Positions 49,201 through 60,231 of a stretch of DNA of 64,000 bases are shown here, in pieces (position 1 is the first letter of the stretch; each line of letters begins with the position of its first letter). Where the stretch lies: the NCBI GenBank assembly GCA_030141605.1, contig JAQGDQ010000974.1:10230-74229 (forward strand). Reading direction: 5' to 3'. Under the pieces are notes generated by a model. The model ran no database searches and was not told the origin of the DNA. It saw nothing but the letters and a program-made list of their open reading frames with translations. A program made the translations under genes and the position numbers. This stretch comes from Tubiluchus corallicola (Eukaryota > Animalia > Priapulida).

Positions 49201-50432
49201 TTCCAAGGAATCGGTTATATCTTGTTCCTCACTTGCTTTCTCTTCTCTATTGATGTCATGGTTAGGGTCACTACTACCATCGTTGGAAGAGTTTGTTATT
49301 ATTTCTGGCGGCTTATCAGTAACGGAACTGCCAAGGTTTTGTAAATTCTCTTCTGTGTCTTCGTGCAAGTTTTCTTTGATTGAAAGATCAACAGTACAGT
49401 AGACACTAGCTTCAGGCAGCGCTACTATACACCTATCCTTAACAATCTTTGTTTCATTTGACACATTGACAATAACTTCCTTCTCTGTTTGCAGTCCAAA
49501 ATTATCTGCAGACTCAGCATAAGAACCAAATGGCAAAGTGTCATTAAGCAGTAAATGATGATTAGCATTGACTGAAAGTTGTGATTGCATGTCAACAGAC
49601 TTAACAATTTCCTGACGACTTTGACAAGGAAACACTTCGTCGTCATCATCATATGCAGATATGACAATTTTTGGCACGGAAACTACTTCTTTTTGTTACA
49701 TGAGAATCAAAACCACTACCACAAACATTATTTCTATTCTTAATTATAGTAGGAATATTATCAACTGCTTCATTAACTTGATTCGTGCCAGTATTAACCA
49801 AGCTACCTTCGGGCACACCATATCTAGTTCTAAATGGAACGATGTTATCCTTGAGCTTGTTATTTGCCATTTGAAGAGCCTGGCTGGTTTGCTCTTCGAG
49901 AATCTGTTGCTCCTTCGGTGCTGTTTCCTAAAAATTTAAAAATAAAATGATTTAATAACATATTACGTTAGTTTCCCCATGTTCAAAATACAGACTTCAG
50001 GAACTATGTACGGAAAAGTATAATTATGACAATGAAGAAAATCTGAAATACAGTTTTTAGCTAAACACAATGACTTTAGGCAACATTGATTTTTGCACTT
50101 CGTAAAGTAAAAATAACATTTTAACTTTAGCCACTTTAATATCTTTTTTCAGTTGACTTAAACAGTTGTGTAGTTAGCAGTTTCCTAAATGAGCTCAAAA
50201 GTATGCAAATCTTTATAAAAATAATTTGCCAAATCCATGATACCAAGACGTATATGATTTGTTTCAGGTTAAAATGTTAGCATACCAGTGTTGTTAGTTG
50301 TTCTTCTTGCTGGTTAAGCAGTGTTATCAGCTGTTCAATGATTTTTTCCAGGTGCTTAATATTTGAATCTTTTTCTTGGAATGTTTCTCCTGCTTCTTGT
50401 AACATTTCGTTTAATTCCATATTTTCAGCTTC
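30239..50432 (-). CDS. TNIP2: TNFAIP3-interacting protein 2 (ABIN-2)-like, multi-exon
   Basis: Phase-compatible exons: 50432-50286, 49927-49807, 46551-46389, 44427-43908, 36115-36008, 34626-34489 (VMKQWESEKKTTKDYVQELHKKI, EABR-like), 33163-32985 (AERIPLLEQQI), 31885-31786 (VYMDDWKSEKADKEKALERANELEEK, UBAN-like), 31129-30914, 30565-30239 (LYCPKCTKAYPQNRHTEFVEHFEICC, CCHC finger). The 3' six exons are firm; linkage of the 5' exons is inferred from phase and weak similarity. Confidence 0.8.
31270..31685. mobile_element. Kolobok-like MITE, copy 3 (truncated)
   Basis: TTAA|AGGAAAACCAGACGATTGTTTACACTCAATC; homologous to 1397-1780; second TIR missing. Confidence 0.75.
32117..32928. repeat. 81-bp minisatellite, about 10 copies
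   Basis: Unit CTTAAGTTCACTGTATGTAAGCATGCAGTCAACAGACTCACAACCATGGTTGGACTTGGTCTATATATTGTTGTCCTTTTA; copies near identical. Confidence 0.95.
33229..34012. repeat. Minisatellite with alternating 69-bp and 79-bp subunits
   Basis: GGGGCCAG-type unit starts at 33373, 33442, 33521, 33590, 33669, 33738, 33817 and 33896. Diverged 72-bp monomers lie upstream. Confidence 0.9.
34240..34353. repeat. About 28-bp tandem repeat, 4 copies
   Basis: GCCTTAGCTTTACCACTGTGTGAACATG repeated. Confidence 0.85.
34710..35053. mobile_element. hAT-like MITE (GC-rich family), copy 1
   Basis: TIRs CAGGGCCTATTTC / GAAATAGGCCCTG. TSD TAAGCACA and TTAGCACA. Homologous to 60232-60622. Confidence 0.85.
36476..36710. repeat. 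39-bp minisatellite, 6 copies
   Basis: TTACCTTGTTTAGCTGGATTTCATGGCTGTTTAATTGTT repeated. Confidence 0.9.
38083..38630. mobile_element. Kolobok-like MITE, copy 4
   Basis: TTAA|AGGAAAACCGGA ... TCCGGTTTTCCT|TTAA with perfect 12-bp TIRs. Confidence 0.85.
39113..39520 (-). mobile_element. 5'-truncated RTE-clade LINE fragment
   Basis: Minus strand reads IDAFQRR...ILGIRWPKKISNKDLYEK...IKRHRL*WIGHMLRLPDDIP, the RTE ORF C-terminal motif with stops. (GAT)n tail; possible TSD CTAAGATA on both sides. Confidence 0.8.
40752..41955. repeat. 65/68-bp tandem satellite, about 18 copies
   Basis: Unit TCGTTGAGTTTGGTTACAGACAAGGTTGCAAAAAAGTTACATGGTAAGAGAATGAG(GAG)GATAGACGT; head-to-tail with no spacers. Confidence 0.95.
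43001..43420. repeat. (GA)n compound microsatellite
   Basis: Long GA/GAGG/GACA tract; the source of the spurious ER- and SL-rich ORFs. Confidence 0.95.
46614..47283 (+). mobile_element. Truncated Ty3/Gypsy (Mag-like) LTR retrotransposon: LTR, PBS and partial gag
   Basis: TG...CA segment 46614-46793, then PBS-like TGGTGTCAGAAGTG, then ORF 46857-47303 (LKPPNALNF...WKKW...FLYLIGERGREIY...FERYCIP..NQTVERYRFLTRVQ...ETIDEYVTALR.LA...EFG...LLRDRI). Absent from the paralogous arm. Confidence 0.85.
47711..49870 (-). pseudogene. Frameshifted, 3'-truncated paralog of the 824-aa ORF
   Basis: Three ORF pieces (49870-49649, 49677-48895, 48880-47711) are nearly identical to 53566-55733. There is a +1 shift near 49690 and a -1 shift near 48932, and the C-terminal ~100 codons are deleted. 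Confidence 0.75.
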
Positions 50433-53241
50433 CTAAAAAACAATTTGTACATGCATCCAGTTATATCAATTTAACATTCGCGCTATTGCCTTTTTCTGCG
50501 AATCTGGTTAGATTAGCGCAGGTTTTACCTAAATGTTAAAAAATAAAGAAATACTGGCATTAATCTGACTTTTTCGCTCTTTACCTTACGCTAGCCCATA
50601 CGCATGCTGTCACATTGCGCTGGCAATATTACTTAGTTACTTCACAAGTGTCTTTGACGCACTGCGTTTTTCATTCAGAGTTGCATGTAAAAATTGTAGG
50701 GATCTATGCTCGTTGCCAAGCCAACAAAAATGCAAACTTTTGGCAGACGGTGTAAAATTAAGCAGACAATTTGTCAGATTACCAGTAAAATTTCTTGTGT
50801 TTTGCGCTGATGGGCACTAACAATTAAGTTCGATTCCAAAGAGATACTATTCAACGTACACTATTGCTCAAGTTGCTATGTCGCACTTATGGTGCTGAAG
50901 TTACACGCGATTACAAATCACAACTGTTACAATTACAGTTCTAGGTACAGTTACAGTAAAATAAAGTAATTCTACTTAACTTGAGGACTGGCCAATTTAC
51001 AATCGTTATTGACCAGATCCTTATTCCTCCTCGAAACTTCTTAGCATCAGTGATTTGTCGTAGCAAATGACGCAGTAGTATCACCACACTGAGCTAAAGA
51101 ATGTGTCTGCTTCCAGATCGTCTCGTAAAAAAACAACGGCAACTCACCACTCTGATCCTCACTCGTGTGTCTATGTGTGTGCGCCAACTCTGAACTTTTA
51201 CTTAGCTTATAAAGCGAAAGCCATCAACTCACGCATTGCGTAAAGGTCACTAAGGATTGCACCACCTCAAATAATTTAGTATACCAGAAGTCTCAACCCT
51301 ACATCCTTAGACAGTGAATAATGTTCGGTAGGCTAGTTTAACAATCAGTAATGACTGGTACTGAACTTTAACAAAATAACTTCCTGACTTGTTTATCAAC
51401 AAATGGCCAGCGCCGGACACACTTTATGTCCACTAATTGGCATGCAACTCTTTAACAAGCGACGTCTTCTTTTAATCTTACGCTTCCTTGTTTACTAACC
51501 TACGTCATCTAAACTCATTAGATTCGAACTCTTGAACTCGTGAAAAATTAAATTCAAGTTACAAGCTGGGTGAGTCACTTGTAATCAAATTGTATGGTTT
51601 TCACTATCAAACCCAGGGAGGAGTAGTTTTATCTCCGAAATCTGATTATTCAATGGTTTCAATTAATTTCCAATTAATTCTATATTTTAAATTTGATTCA
51701 CAACAATTGTGCAATTAAAAAAACTGTTAAAACACTAACCAATTGCCGTACTAGCAGCCAAGTAAAAACACATTCGTTATTCATCTAGTAATTTACAGCT
51801 TTACTAACTCAGACAGTGGAACAGAAATTAACTGACTATGCTGTTTGCCTGACTTGAGAGAACCATTTTTTCTTTGGGGTATCATAAGGAAAGAAGAAGA
51901 AGAAAACCCAATGCTAATTAGGATAGATGGATACGGCATCTATTTTTGTAGCCTCAGCACCCAAGGCTCGCCCATTGCTCGACCACCTTCTTTTCCTAGT
52001 ACATAACCAGGTACACAAATAAGGCTGAGTAAACCTAAGACGGCTAGTGAGTCCTGCATGAAGAAAGGATTACGGAAAGGTCTAAAGAAAGGTTTTGTAT
52101 GAATACACCTCAAACACTTCAAAAGCTACAAAATGATATTTGACAAGAAAGCAAAGCTGAAATTTTACATAGTGTTAGGGCATACCATTCCAAGAATAAC
52201 AATAAATATATTTAAAAGAATTTTTGCTTATGGCTTTTCATTGAGAACGATTTTTCAATTTTTCGAAAGAAAAGTGGCTTTGAGCCATCCTGAATTAAGC
52301 ACATCTCCTAATTTACATGTTGATTTAAGACATGACGACAATTATGCATGTACAGTACAAACAAGAATAAGCAACATGGCAAAGAGATACCAAATATAAT
52401 ATATAACAGTAAAGCCTGTAATATAAAGTTAATGTGCTAAGACAGTGTGATCGAGAATAGTCTTAAGTTATTCCTTCTTACTCATGGTACTCTGTTAACT
52501 TCATCAAACTGAAGGCCCTAAAACATAGATGTGCTCTTAGCTTTGTGAATGTCGTACCAGCGTGAAAACTTCATTCAGTGCTCAAGCTATTGCAAATGTG
52601 CAGTAACAAAAGGAGAAACCAAAAATCTCCACACTTCTCCAGACAGAGACCCTACACCATATTCAATATGCTATTGTTTACCTTAAGCCAGTTCAGAAAT
52701 TCTGGTGGAGTATATGGCACTCCTGAACAAAGTGAGAGTGCCAAGGTGGACTGTTATATTAGTATACTAATATATCTTAAATTAAGTTAAGCAAACACAC
52801 TCATGAAACAATTACAGCTATCACCTGCAAATTAAATTGAAATGAATCACAATAGCAACTAATAAGTAATGTTAGTTATTTGAGTTCAGGGTTGCCACTT
52901 GTATGGATAGTGACTTAAAAGTGACTAAGACTTAGTTTCTGACTTAGATACGGCTTTATACAGAAATATCAGGTGTTTCTAATTATTGAACATTTGGCTT
53001 GCCACAAAGTGTGAGCAACTTTACATGAGTCACACGCGACGATATTCAAGGATTGTGTTTGATTAAACGTCGTGTTGAGTGCTTGCGTGTATCATCAATG
53101 AAACAGTCGTCTCCTGAATTATTTCAGTCGTCAGTAACTCATTTGTGAACATTTCTAAATCTTTTGCTAAGTTTATTGCATTTAAGTGTATACTCGAAAA
53201 AGGTTTCTTAAATAAAAAGTAACATTCTAAGATAATTTTTA

Positions 53242-53446
53242 TGACATTTTTTCATTTCTGATTTAATGTTGATTGGTATCATAATGCGAAATATATTTTA
53301 TATGTACATAGAGGAACACTATGTTAATCAACTATTATGTATATACATATAGACTAACTTCGTTATATTCCCGTTATCTCGCCATACTCGCCCCTCGCCA
53401 AAAATTTGCCCTAGACGGACAGTGGCGAGATAACGAGGCTACACTG
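53242..53446. mobile_element. Partial Tc1-like MITE (family of 19680-20886)
   Basis: Reverse complement of 19680-19893, ending GGCGAGATAACGAGGCTACACTG. Confidence 0.75.
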
Positions 53447-53565
53447 TTATATGTTATTAAATCATTTGATTTTTAAATTTGCTGTATGAACTGTCATTTC
53501 TCTTTTAGGAAACAGCAACGAAGGAGCAACAGATTCTCGAAGAGCAAACCAGCCAGGCTCTTCAA

Positions 53566-56040
53566 ATGGCAAATAACAAGCTCAAGGATAAAGATGAAGA
53601 CATCGTTCTACTTAGAACTAGATATGGTGTGCCCGAAGGTAGCTTGGTTAATACCGGCACGAATCATGTTAATGAAGCAGTTGATAATATTCCTACTATA
53701 ATCAAGAATAGAAATAATGTTTGTGGTAGTGGTTTTGATTCTCATGTAACAAATGAAGTAAGTTCCGTGCCAAAAATTGTCATATCTGCATATGATGACG
53801 ACGACGACGAAGTGTTTACTTGTCAAAGTCGTCAGGAAATTGTTAAGTCTGTTGACATGCAATCACAACTTTCAGTCAATGCTAATCATCATTTACTGCT
53901 TAATGACACTTTGCCATTTGGTTCTTATGCTGAGTCTGCAGATAATTTTGGACTGCAAACAGAGAAGGAAGTTGTTGTCAATGTGTCAAATGAAAGAAAG
54001 ATTGTTAAGGATAGGTGTATAGTAGCGCTGCCTGAAGCTAGTGTCTACTGTACTGTTGATCTTTCAATCAAAGAAAACTTGCACAAAGACACGGAAGGAA
54101 ATTTACAAAACCTTGGCAGTTCCGTTACTGATAAGCCGCCAGAAATAATAACAAACTCTTCCAACGATGGTAGTAGTGACCCTAACCATGACATCAATAG
54201 AGAAGAGAAAGCAAGTGAGGGACAAGATATAACCGATTCCTTAGAATGTAATGCACGTGTGTTAAGTAGTGACAGTTTAGATGTTTGTGACAACAGCATC
54301 CAGGAACAAGTAGATGAACAACATGGACAACAAGATTTAACAAATGCTGTGGAATGCGACACTAATGCAATAAGCAGAGATAGCTTGGAAGTTGAAGATT
54401 CTCGTGATTCAATTGGCGTATCCGCGCAAAACGTGAACACAGAGTTTGGTTGTAATGGTGCCTGCAGAGAAGTAATCAGTTGTTCTGTGAAATTAAGTAC
54501 ACTTACTGATATAAAAAATAATCTTAACCTTACTTCTGGTCGTGGCAAAGTAAGTGGTGCTGAAATTGTGGCAACACTGGACACTGATCACGACGGTGAA
54601 GAAACGGACGAAATTAGTATGCCGGTGCATGAAGATAATTATGATGAGGAATCCGGCCGTAAGCACGCGATTGGAGAAGAATTAAAAAAAGTGAAAGATT
54701 CTGCTAAAGAAACAGCAATGAAAATAGAAGCAGGAGAAAACAACGTTGGCAGTGATGTGCCTGTTAAGGTTTCTTCAGAAAGAATAGAAGTAGACTCGGA
54801 TAATATGAACAAAAACCTTAATAAAGAAACTGCAGAAAAATCTGAAGCAGAAGTTAATGAAAGAAACTGTGACATAACTGGTGGTATAAAGAGTAGGGAA
54901 GCAGACATGGTTGACAGAAACAAATACTCTGTTGACGAAACTCCAACGAGTGAAAAAGCAGATATTGACGAGAGGAGTAAGAACTCCAGTAAAAAAAGCT
55001 CAGATAATGTGGAAGCAAATGTGCATGATATGATTGAGGGCAATGTTAGACAAACTTCAGACAAAGTGGAATTAAAAGTGGATGCAGAAGTAAACGATGC
55101 AAAAATTAAGAAAATGTGTTATGTGGAAATAAGCCCATTGTTGAAGGGGGATGATCCAATGCAAACAAACACGTTAAGTACCAGTCCACAAACTAGAATG
55201 TCTATGCCAAGTACGGAATTTAGAGAAACTCTTATGTGTCGTGGCATCAAAAGAAGTAGAGATAAGAGTGCACCTATTATCAGTACAAAATCTCTTCTTG
55301 TGCGTTATGGTGATGAGAATGTGGACGAGCCTTCACCAAAGCTTCAAAAAACTTCATGTAGCCGATACAACCAAAAGTCTTCTAAGTCGATAACGAGTTT
55401 ATCTGATAAAAGTCGTGTCATACGAAAAATTTCTTTTGATAAGAAGCAAAGAACTAGAGCCAGCAAAATATCAGACGTAAAGATGATTAAAACTTTAAAA
55501 CAGTTAGAATATGATGAGGGTGAATCGACAACAGTAGGCACTAGCAGCTCAGTAAGTAAAACAAGTGATAAACGTTTATTTGACAATGTAGGTAAGGAAA
55601 ACGCAATTCCGCGAGCGAATAAAAATCTACATGTTCACCATTTGCAGGTGGAAAACGAGGCATTAGTTCCTTCCAGCAAGCTTTTACACACGTCCAAGAG
55701 TGCTTTTACAGCTAGTCCTCAGACAAAAATAGTGCGCGAGAATGAGAGGCCCCCTCATTCGCCTACTGCAGTAATGGAAGAAACTCTTCAGTTGTCCTCG
55801 TCACCAAGAAAAGTAACCTTCAAGCACACTAAAGCAAGCAGGTTGAGAATATCAAAGCCTCCACTTTGTGGTGGTTCCAAGTCTCGTCTTTGTGTTTCAC
55901 CTGGACAGCTGAAAAAGGTCAAAATCTATGAGCAGAAAAGATCATTGAGAAGAAAGTCATCACTAATGATGAAGAGAAGATACAAACAAGATCTCGAGCA
56001 AAGTGATTTTGTTCTGCAGTCCAGCCATAGTTGTCAGTGA
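53566..56040 (+). CDS. Uncharacterised 824-aa, probably disordered protein (acidic N-half, basic C-terminus) that starts in a TNIP2 5' coiled-coil exon
   Basis: 2.5 kb without a stop codon in AT-rich, non-repetitive DNA. The frame is open from the splice acceptor at 53509. AATAAA at 57084 and 57441. No domain recognised. Confidence 0.75.
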   Translation: MANNKLKDKDEDIVLLRTRYGVPEGSLVNTGTNHVNEAVDNIPTIIKNRNNVCGSGFDSHVTNEVSSVPKIVISAYDDDDDEVFTCQSRQEIVKSVDMQSQLSVNANHHLLLNDTLPFGSYAESADNFGLQTEKEVVVNVSNERKIVKDRCIVALPEASVYCTVDLSIKENLHKDTEGNLQNLGSSVTDKPPEIITNSSNDGSSDPNHDINREEKASEGQDITDSLECNARVLSSDSLDVCDNSIQEQVDEQHGQQDLTNAVECDTNAISRDSLEVEDSRDSIGVSAQNVNTEFGCNGACREVISCSVKLSTLTDIKNNLNLTSGRGKVSGAEIVATLDTDHDGEETDEISMPVHEDNYDEESGRKHAIGEELKKVKDSAKETAMKIEAGENNVGSDVPVKVSSERIEVDSDNMNKNLNKETAEKSEAEVNERNCDITGGIKSREADMVDRNKYSVDETPTSEKADIDERSKNSSKKSSDNVEANVHDMIEGNVRQTSDKVELKVDAEVNDAKIKKMCYVEISPLLKGDDPMQTNTLSTSPQTRMSMPSTEFRETLMCRGIKRSRDKSAPIISTKSLLVRYGDENVDEPSPKLQKTSCSRYNQKSSKSITSLSDKSRVIRKISFDKKQRTRASKISDVKMIKTLKQLEYDEGESTTVGTSSSVSKTSDKRLFDNVGKENAIPRANKNLHVHHLQVENEALVPSSKLLHTSKSAFTASPQTKIVRENERPPHSPTAVMEETLQLSSSPRKVTFKHTKASRLRISKPPLCGGSKSRLCVSPGQLKKVKIYEQKRSLRRKSSLMMKRRYKQDLEQSDFVLQSSHSCQ

Positions 56041-56115
56041 GAGGTAGAATAGTTTGCGCGCTAGCTGGCCAACACACACATGTAAACCAAAGCTTATATT
56101 GTATGAATTTGAATA

Positions 56116-56272
56116 CAGTCTAGCCTCGTTATCTCGCCCCTCGTTATGCCGTCAAACTCGTCTCTCGCTATAGAAAGTACCAGGACGGATTTCCTGCTTT
56201 GATATTTACCTCGTTAAGTCGCCACCCTCGCTTCTCGCCCTCGCCCCGTCATGCTAGGATGAGTGCTTATGT
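56116..56272. mobile_element. Partial Tc1-like MITE (family of 19680-20886)
   Basis: TA|CAGTCTAGCCTCGTTATCTCGCCCCTCG; reverse complement of about 20750-20886. Confidence 0.75.
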
Positions 56273-56541
56273 ATGTCCTTTGGTAATTTCTTAAAGTATA
56301 CTTAGACAATTTTCTTAAGAATACTGTTGCAGGATGTTTTAAGTTTAATCTGACATATAAACTTATCATTATACTTACCTACACGCTTTCTGGAACATCT
56401 TTCATATTATCCATGATTTCTTTCCTCTGAGATTTTCCTCTAAATAATTTCATTTTAATAGGAAGTGTACAAAAATATTTTTGCATTTATTAATGGTGAT
56501 CGTAATGTGAAATGTTTCCTCATCTGTTATTGTATGGATAG

Positions 56542-56958
56542 TAGGGGTGAGCATCGAATGTTCGAATTCGATTCGAACGAGTTTTTTTAGTTCGAACTCG
56601 ATTCGAATCCAAAACTATAGATTCGAATAATTCAGCACTTCAGTCACTTGTTCAATCATATGTTCTTTATCACTAAAACGATTGAAACATCATGCAATTA
56701 GCATAATTTAGCTGTGATTTCTGCGCACAACTTTAAACAAATTACTAGTCGTTTTATTCCAGAACAAAATCTAGTGATATGCTTGATCTTTGCAAGACTA
56801 ATTTTTACTGGTGGTTCAAAAACTAGTTCGAAAATCTTTCAATCTCAATTCGAATTCGGTTCGAATTCGAAATACTGAAGTTCGGTTCGATTCGAATTTG
56901 AAAGTCAGAAATTCGGTTCGATTCGATTTCGCTTTCTGGTAGAGAATGCTCACCCCTA
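56542..56958. mobile_element. hAT-like MITE (TTCGAA-rich family), full length
   Basis: TIRs TAGGGGTGAGCAT / ATGCTCACCCCTA with perfect 8-bp TSD ATGGATAG. Confidence 0.9.
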
Positions 56959-58028
56959 ATGGATAGCGCTCTGTTTATCTTAACGCGCAACACCAGTTTG
57001 TGTAATTATAGTCGTTTAGAATCAATCATAGATTAGCTTACTCAATTAATTTGTAACAAAACCTTGCTTTTACAAAAGCATTGAATAAATAGTACGAGTA
57101 AAATTTTTTAACTGCCACACATTGGTCATTTATCTGTGCATTATCTATCATGACTTACATTGTGAAATGTTTTCCCTTTTTTGTATTGAAAGTTTATATT
57201 ACATTTCTGTAGTTTTCTTAATAGACAAATTATTTTTCATACGAGACTATGCAAGAATGTACAGCGTCATTTGATTTTGTGCCACACATGAGCATTTGAA
57301 TCACGTTGCAGAAATTTATATTGTCTAAATTTGATATTGTGTATTCAATGTTGCTATGTAATGTACATTTTAGAAAGTATATGTATGAAACAGCTTGCTT
57401 TGTTTACATGTACTATAGTTACTTGCCTAGCTGAACATTTAATAAACAAACTATTTTTCTCGTTACTACCTCTTTACTTAATTCGGTTGCATATATGATC
57501 ATGTTACGTTAATTGTAGTTAATTTATTTGACATTAATTGTAGGTAATTTATTATGTTATTATTCACTTCTAATCCTATCCTCAGGTGTCCTGCACAGAC
57601 TCATTGTCCTGTATTAATGTGTTATACTCAATTTGAATTTACTAAAAATTTATGGCTGAAACGTTCTTTGGTTTTGTTATATGTTATATTGTTATAATGT
57701 TAAAAAAATTGCTATATGGTGCACTTGTCAGTTATAATAAACTCACGTTTACGTTTAAATTATTATGTAATATCATAATTACTGTTGTACGTTGTATTTT
57801 ACCTAAGCAGCATTTTCTTTTAAGTCTTCAGCAGTGATTCGTGCATATGTGAAAATGAGAAAACTTGACTTACAACGATCAGTAGGTTTCTTATTAACAA
57901 ATTGTATGCATTGTCTTGAAAACACAGTCTCTAACAGCATTGAAAATGCTGACTAAGATAAAATACTATACGATACTTGGCCTAGTTCTATATCAGTTTT
58001 TCTCATGTCACAGCTGCACTGTTCACAG

Positions 58029-58692
58029 ATGATACAAACAAAACACAATCACCTCAACACCACAAATGCCTTACTCGAAAAGCAAAATACCAGTGTAGTG
58101 TTCTACACTTGCTCACCTCCCCTTGCCTTAATTGTTCTGAAGAACAGCTATTTTACCTTTGACAACGGTAAATTAGCTAATAAACGCCCTAAGAATGGAG
58201 TCAGCGGCGATTCTAATAATTACGATGAACTTGCATGAACAGCGTCAGGACGTCGCCATCTTTGTTTACATGCGGAGCGAGACAACAAACCAACATACCC
58301 CAAAATTAAATTAAATATGTTAAATACAGTCTAGCCTCGTTATCTCGCCCCTCGTTATGCCGCCAAATTCGTCTCTCGCCATAGAAAGTACCAGCACGTA
58401 TTTCCTGTTTTGATATTTACCTCGTTAAGTCGCCACCCTCGCCACGTCATGCTAGGATGAGTGCTTATGTAAACTATATTCGTTATGTTGCCAAACAGAC
58501 AAACTCAGAGGTGAATCGATCAATACATATACCGCGTGTCGATTAATATAACCGCGGTATGTAGACAATGCTGCTGTACTCGATAGACAGACATAATTAA
58601 TCTGAACAGCTTGAGGGTTTATCAAAGCAGCTGTGTCGTTACGTGGATGAAAACGAAGTGTTAGACAAGAAACTGGAAACTGCCCTGTCCGG
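58029..58692 (+). pseudogene. Disrupted duplicate of TNIP2 exon 46551-46389
   Basis: Exon sequence at 58029-58094 and 58602-58692 is split by a ~507-bp insertion that contains a Tc1-like MITE end (58327-58575). There is an apparent small frameshift deletion near 58045, and the donor changed from AG|GTAAG to GG|GTATG. Confidence 0.75.
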
Positions 58693-60231
58693 GTATGATC
58701 TTTTTTGAAGACTATGTGTATGTAAATAAACTTAACACACAACATTAATTTGACAGTTAGATGCTCAGTATCTATGACAGTTAGATGGCTATAGCCTAGG
58801 GCGCCAAAGTTTTAGGGACGTCACATTTTAGGCAAAATTCTTGTTTTCCTCGGAAAGCGTGTATACTTTCATATTCATGTAAAGGACGCATTTTATAACA
58901 CACCACAGGCAGTTACTTAAAGCAGTTTTATATAAGTGCCACATAATGAACAGGTGCAAGGTATTACACAACAAGGAGTTGTGCAACCTGCTTGAATATA
59001 AGCGGTTTGCAAATACATGTAATTAATAATGAGAACGTAGAAACTAGGTTAATAGTGTTTCTAACACACCACAAATAATTGTTTAATATTTTCATTACAT
59101 AAGCAATGATAAATTTACAATAGGATGGGTGAAACAGCACTATCAGACTAGGGCATCGTAAAGTCTTGATGTGTTTGTTTATTTATTCCAAGAGCCATTG
59201 ATACAGATGTGGTATGTCTTATACAAAATTACATCTTTAGCTTATGGTGGTATATGGAATAACGGGTGCAGAAGTTACATATAAAAAGAAGGAATGAAAG
59301 CCTAAAAGGTAATGAGTGAGAAGATGCTGTGAGAAAGACGATGAAATAATGGAGAATGACAGGATGCAAGGATTAGAATTACTACAACATTTTAGTAATG
59401 TTAACAAGCTGTAACAACCAACAGGGCAATGTGTAAAAGAGGTGGCAAATCAGGCACTTTCAAAACGGCCAAAGTGAACTTACTTCTTACTTCTGCAACT
59501 TTTTCTTTTTCCTCATTTCCTTCGATGCTTTCACTTCACGTTGCATTGAATGATGAATTTGTAGAAACAATTACAAGTGGTATATTTTTTGTTTGAGTTA
59601 TGTTCATTTTTAATGTTGCTAGGTCCAAATTAAAGGCGAACATAATCTAAAAATTTTTTTGCTACATGTATTATTATGCTTCATATTCAATCTTATAGGG
59701 TTATCAAAAATCTGGAAGCAATTTATAATGAGTTCTATATAGAAAGTGTGCTATGTTCTAGTATAATATTCATATTATTATCAATACATAAGCTATGGCT
59801 TATATTGAGAAATTATTCAAATTTTTGTAGCAGTTCTTAGGCTAACCATTTTAACATGAAGATCCCTATCAAGATATTCATGCAGGATTACACCGAGAAA
59901 TTTAGTAGATTGATCTCTTTCAATAGAAACAAGGAATAATAGACATAGTTGAAATTCTACCACTGTGACTTCTCCCTAAAATTGATCAGAATTTATTCTA
60001 AATTTAAAGCTGAGTTTTTACTTTAATAACAAGTATCATGTAACAATTGTCACATGTTTGTACTTATCATAAATTTTGTTGGAAGTCATGCTGACAAGCC
60101 ACTGGCATAGCATCATCTAATTTTTTGCTGGATTTGCTGTTTACCTGTCTTGAAGACATTTTTCTTTATTTTAGAATTCTGCCTGTCCAGTGTAGGCAAT
60201 AGGAGATCGAAAAAATCAAGGCAGTGACTAA

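Larger units (their letters stand above)
46063..49962 (-). repeat. Left arm of the inverted segmental duplication
   Basis: Its reverse complement aligns with 53450-59043 across exons and introns, apart from arm-specific indels. Confidence 0.9.
53450..59043 (+). repeat. Right arm of the inverted segmental duplication
   Basis: Matches the reverse complement of 46063-49962, plus extra segments 55734-57528 and 58095-58601. Confidence 0.9.
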
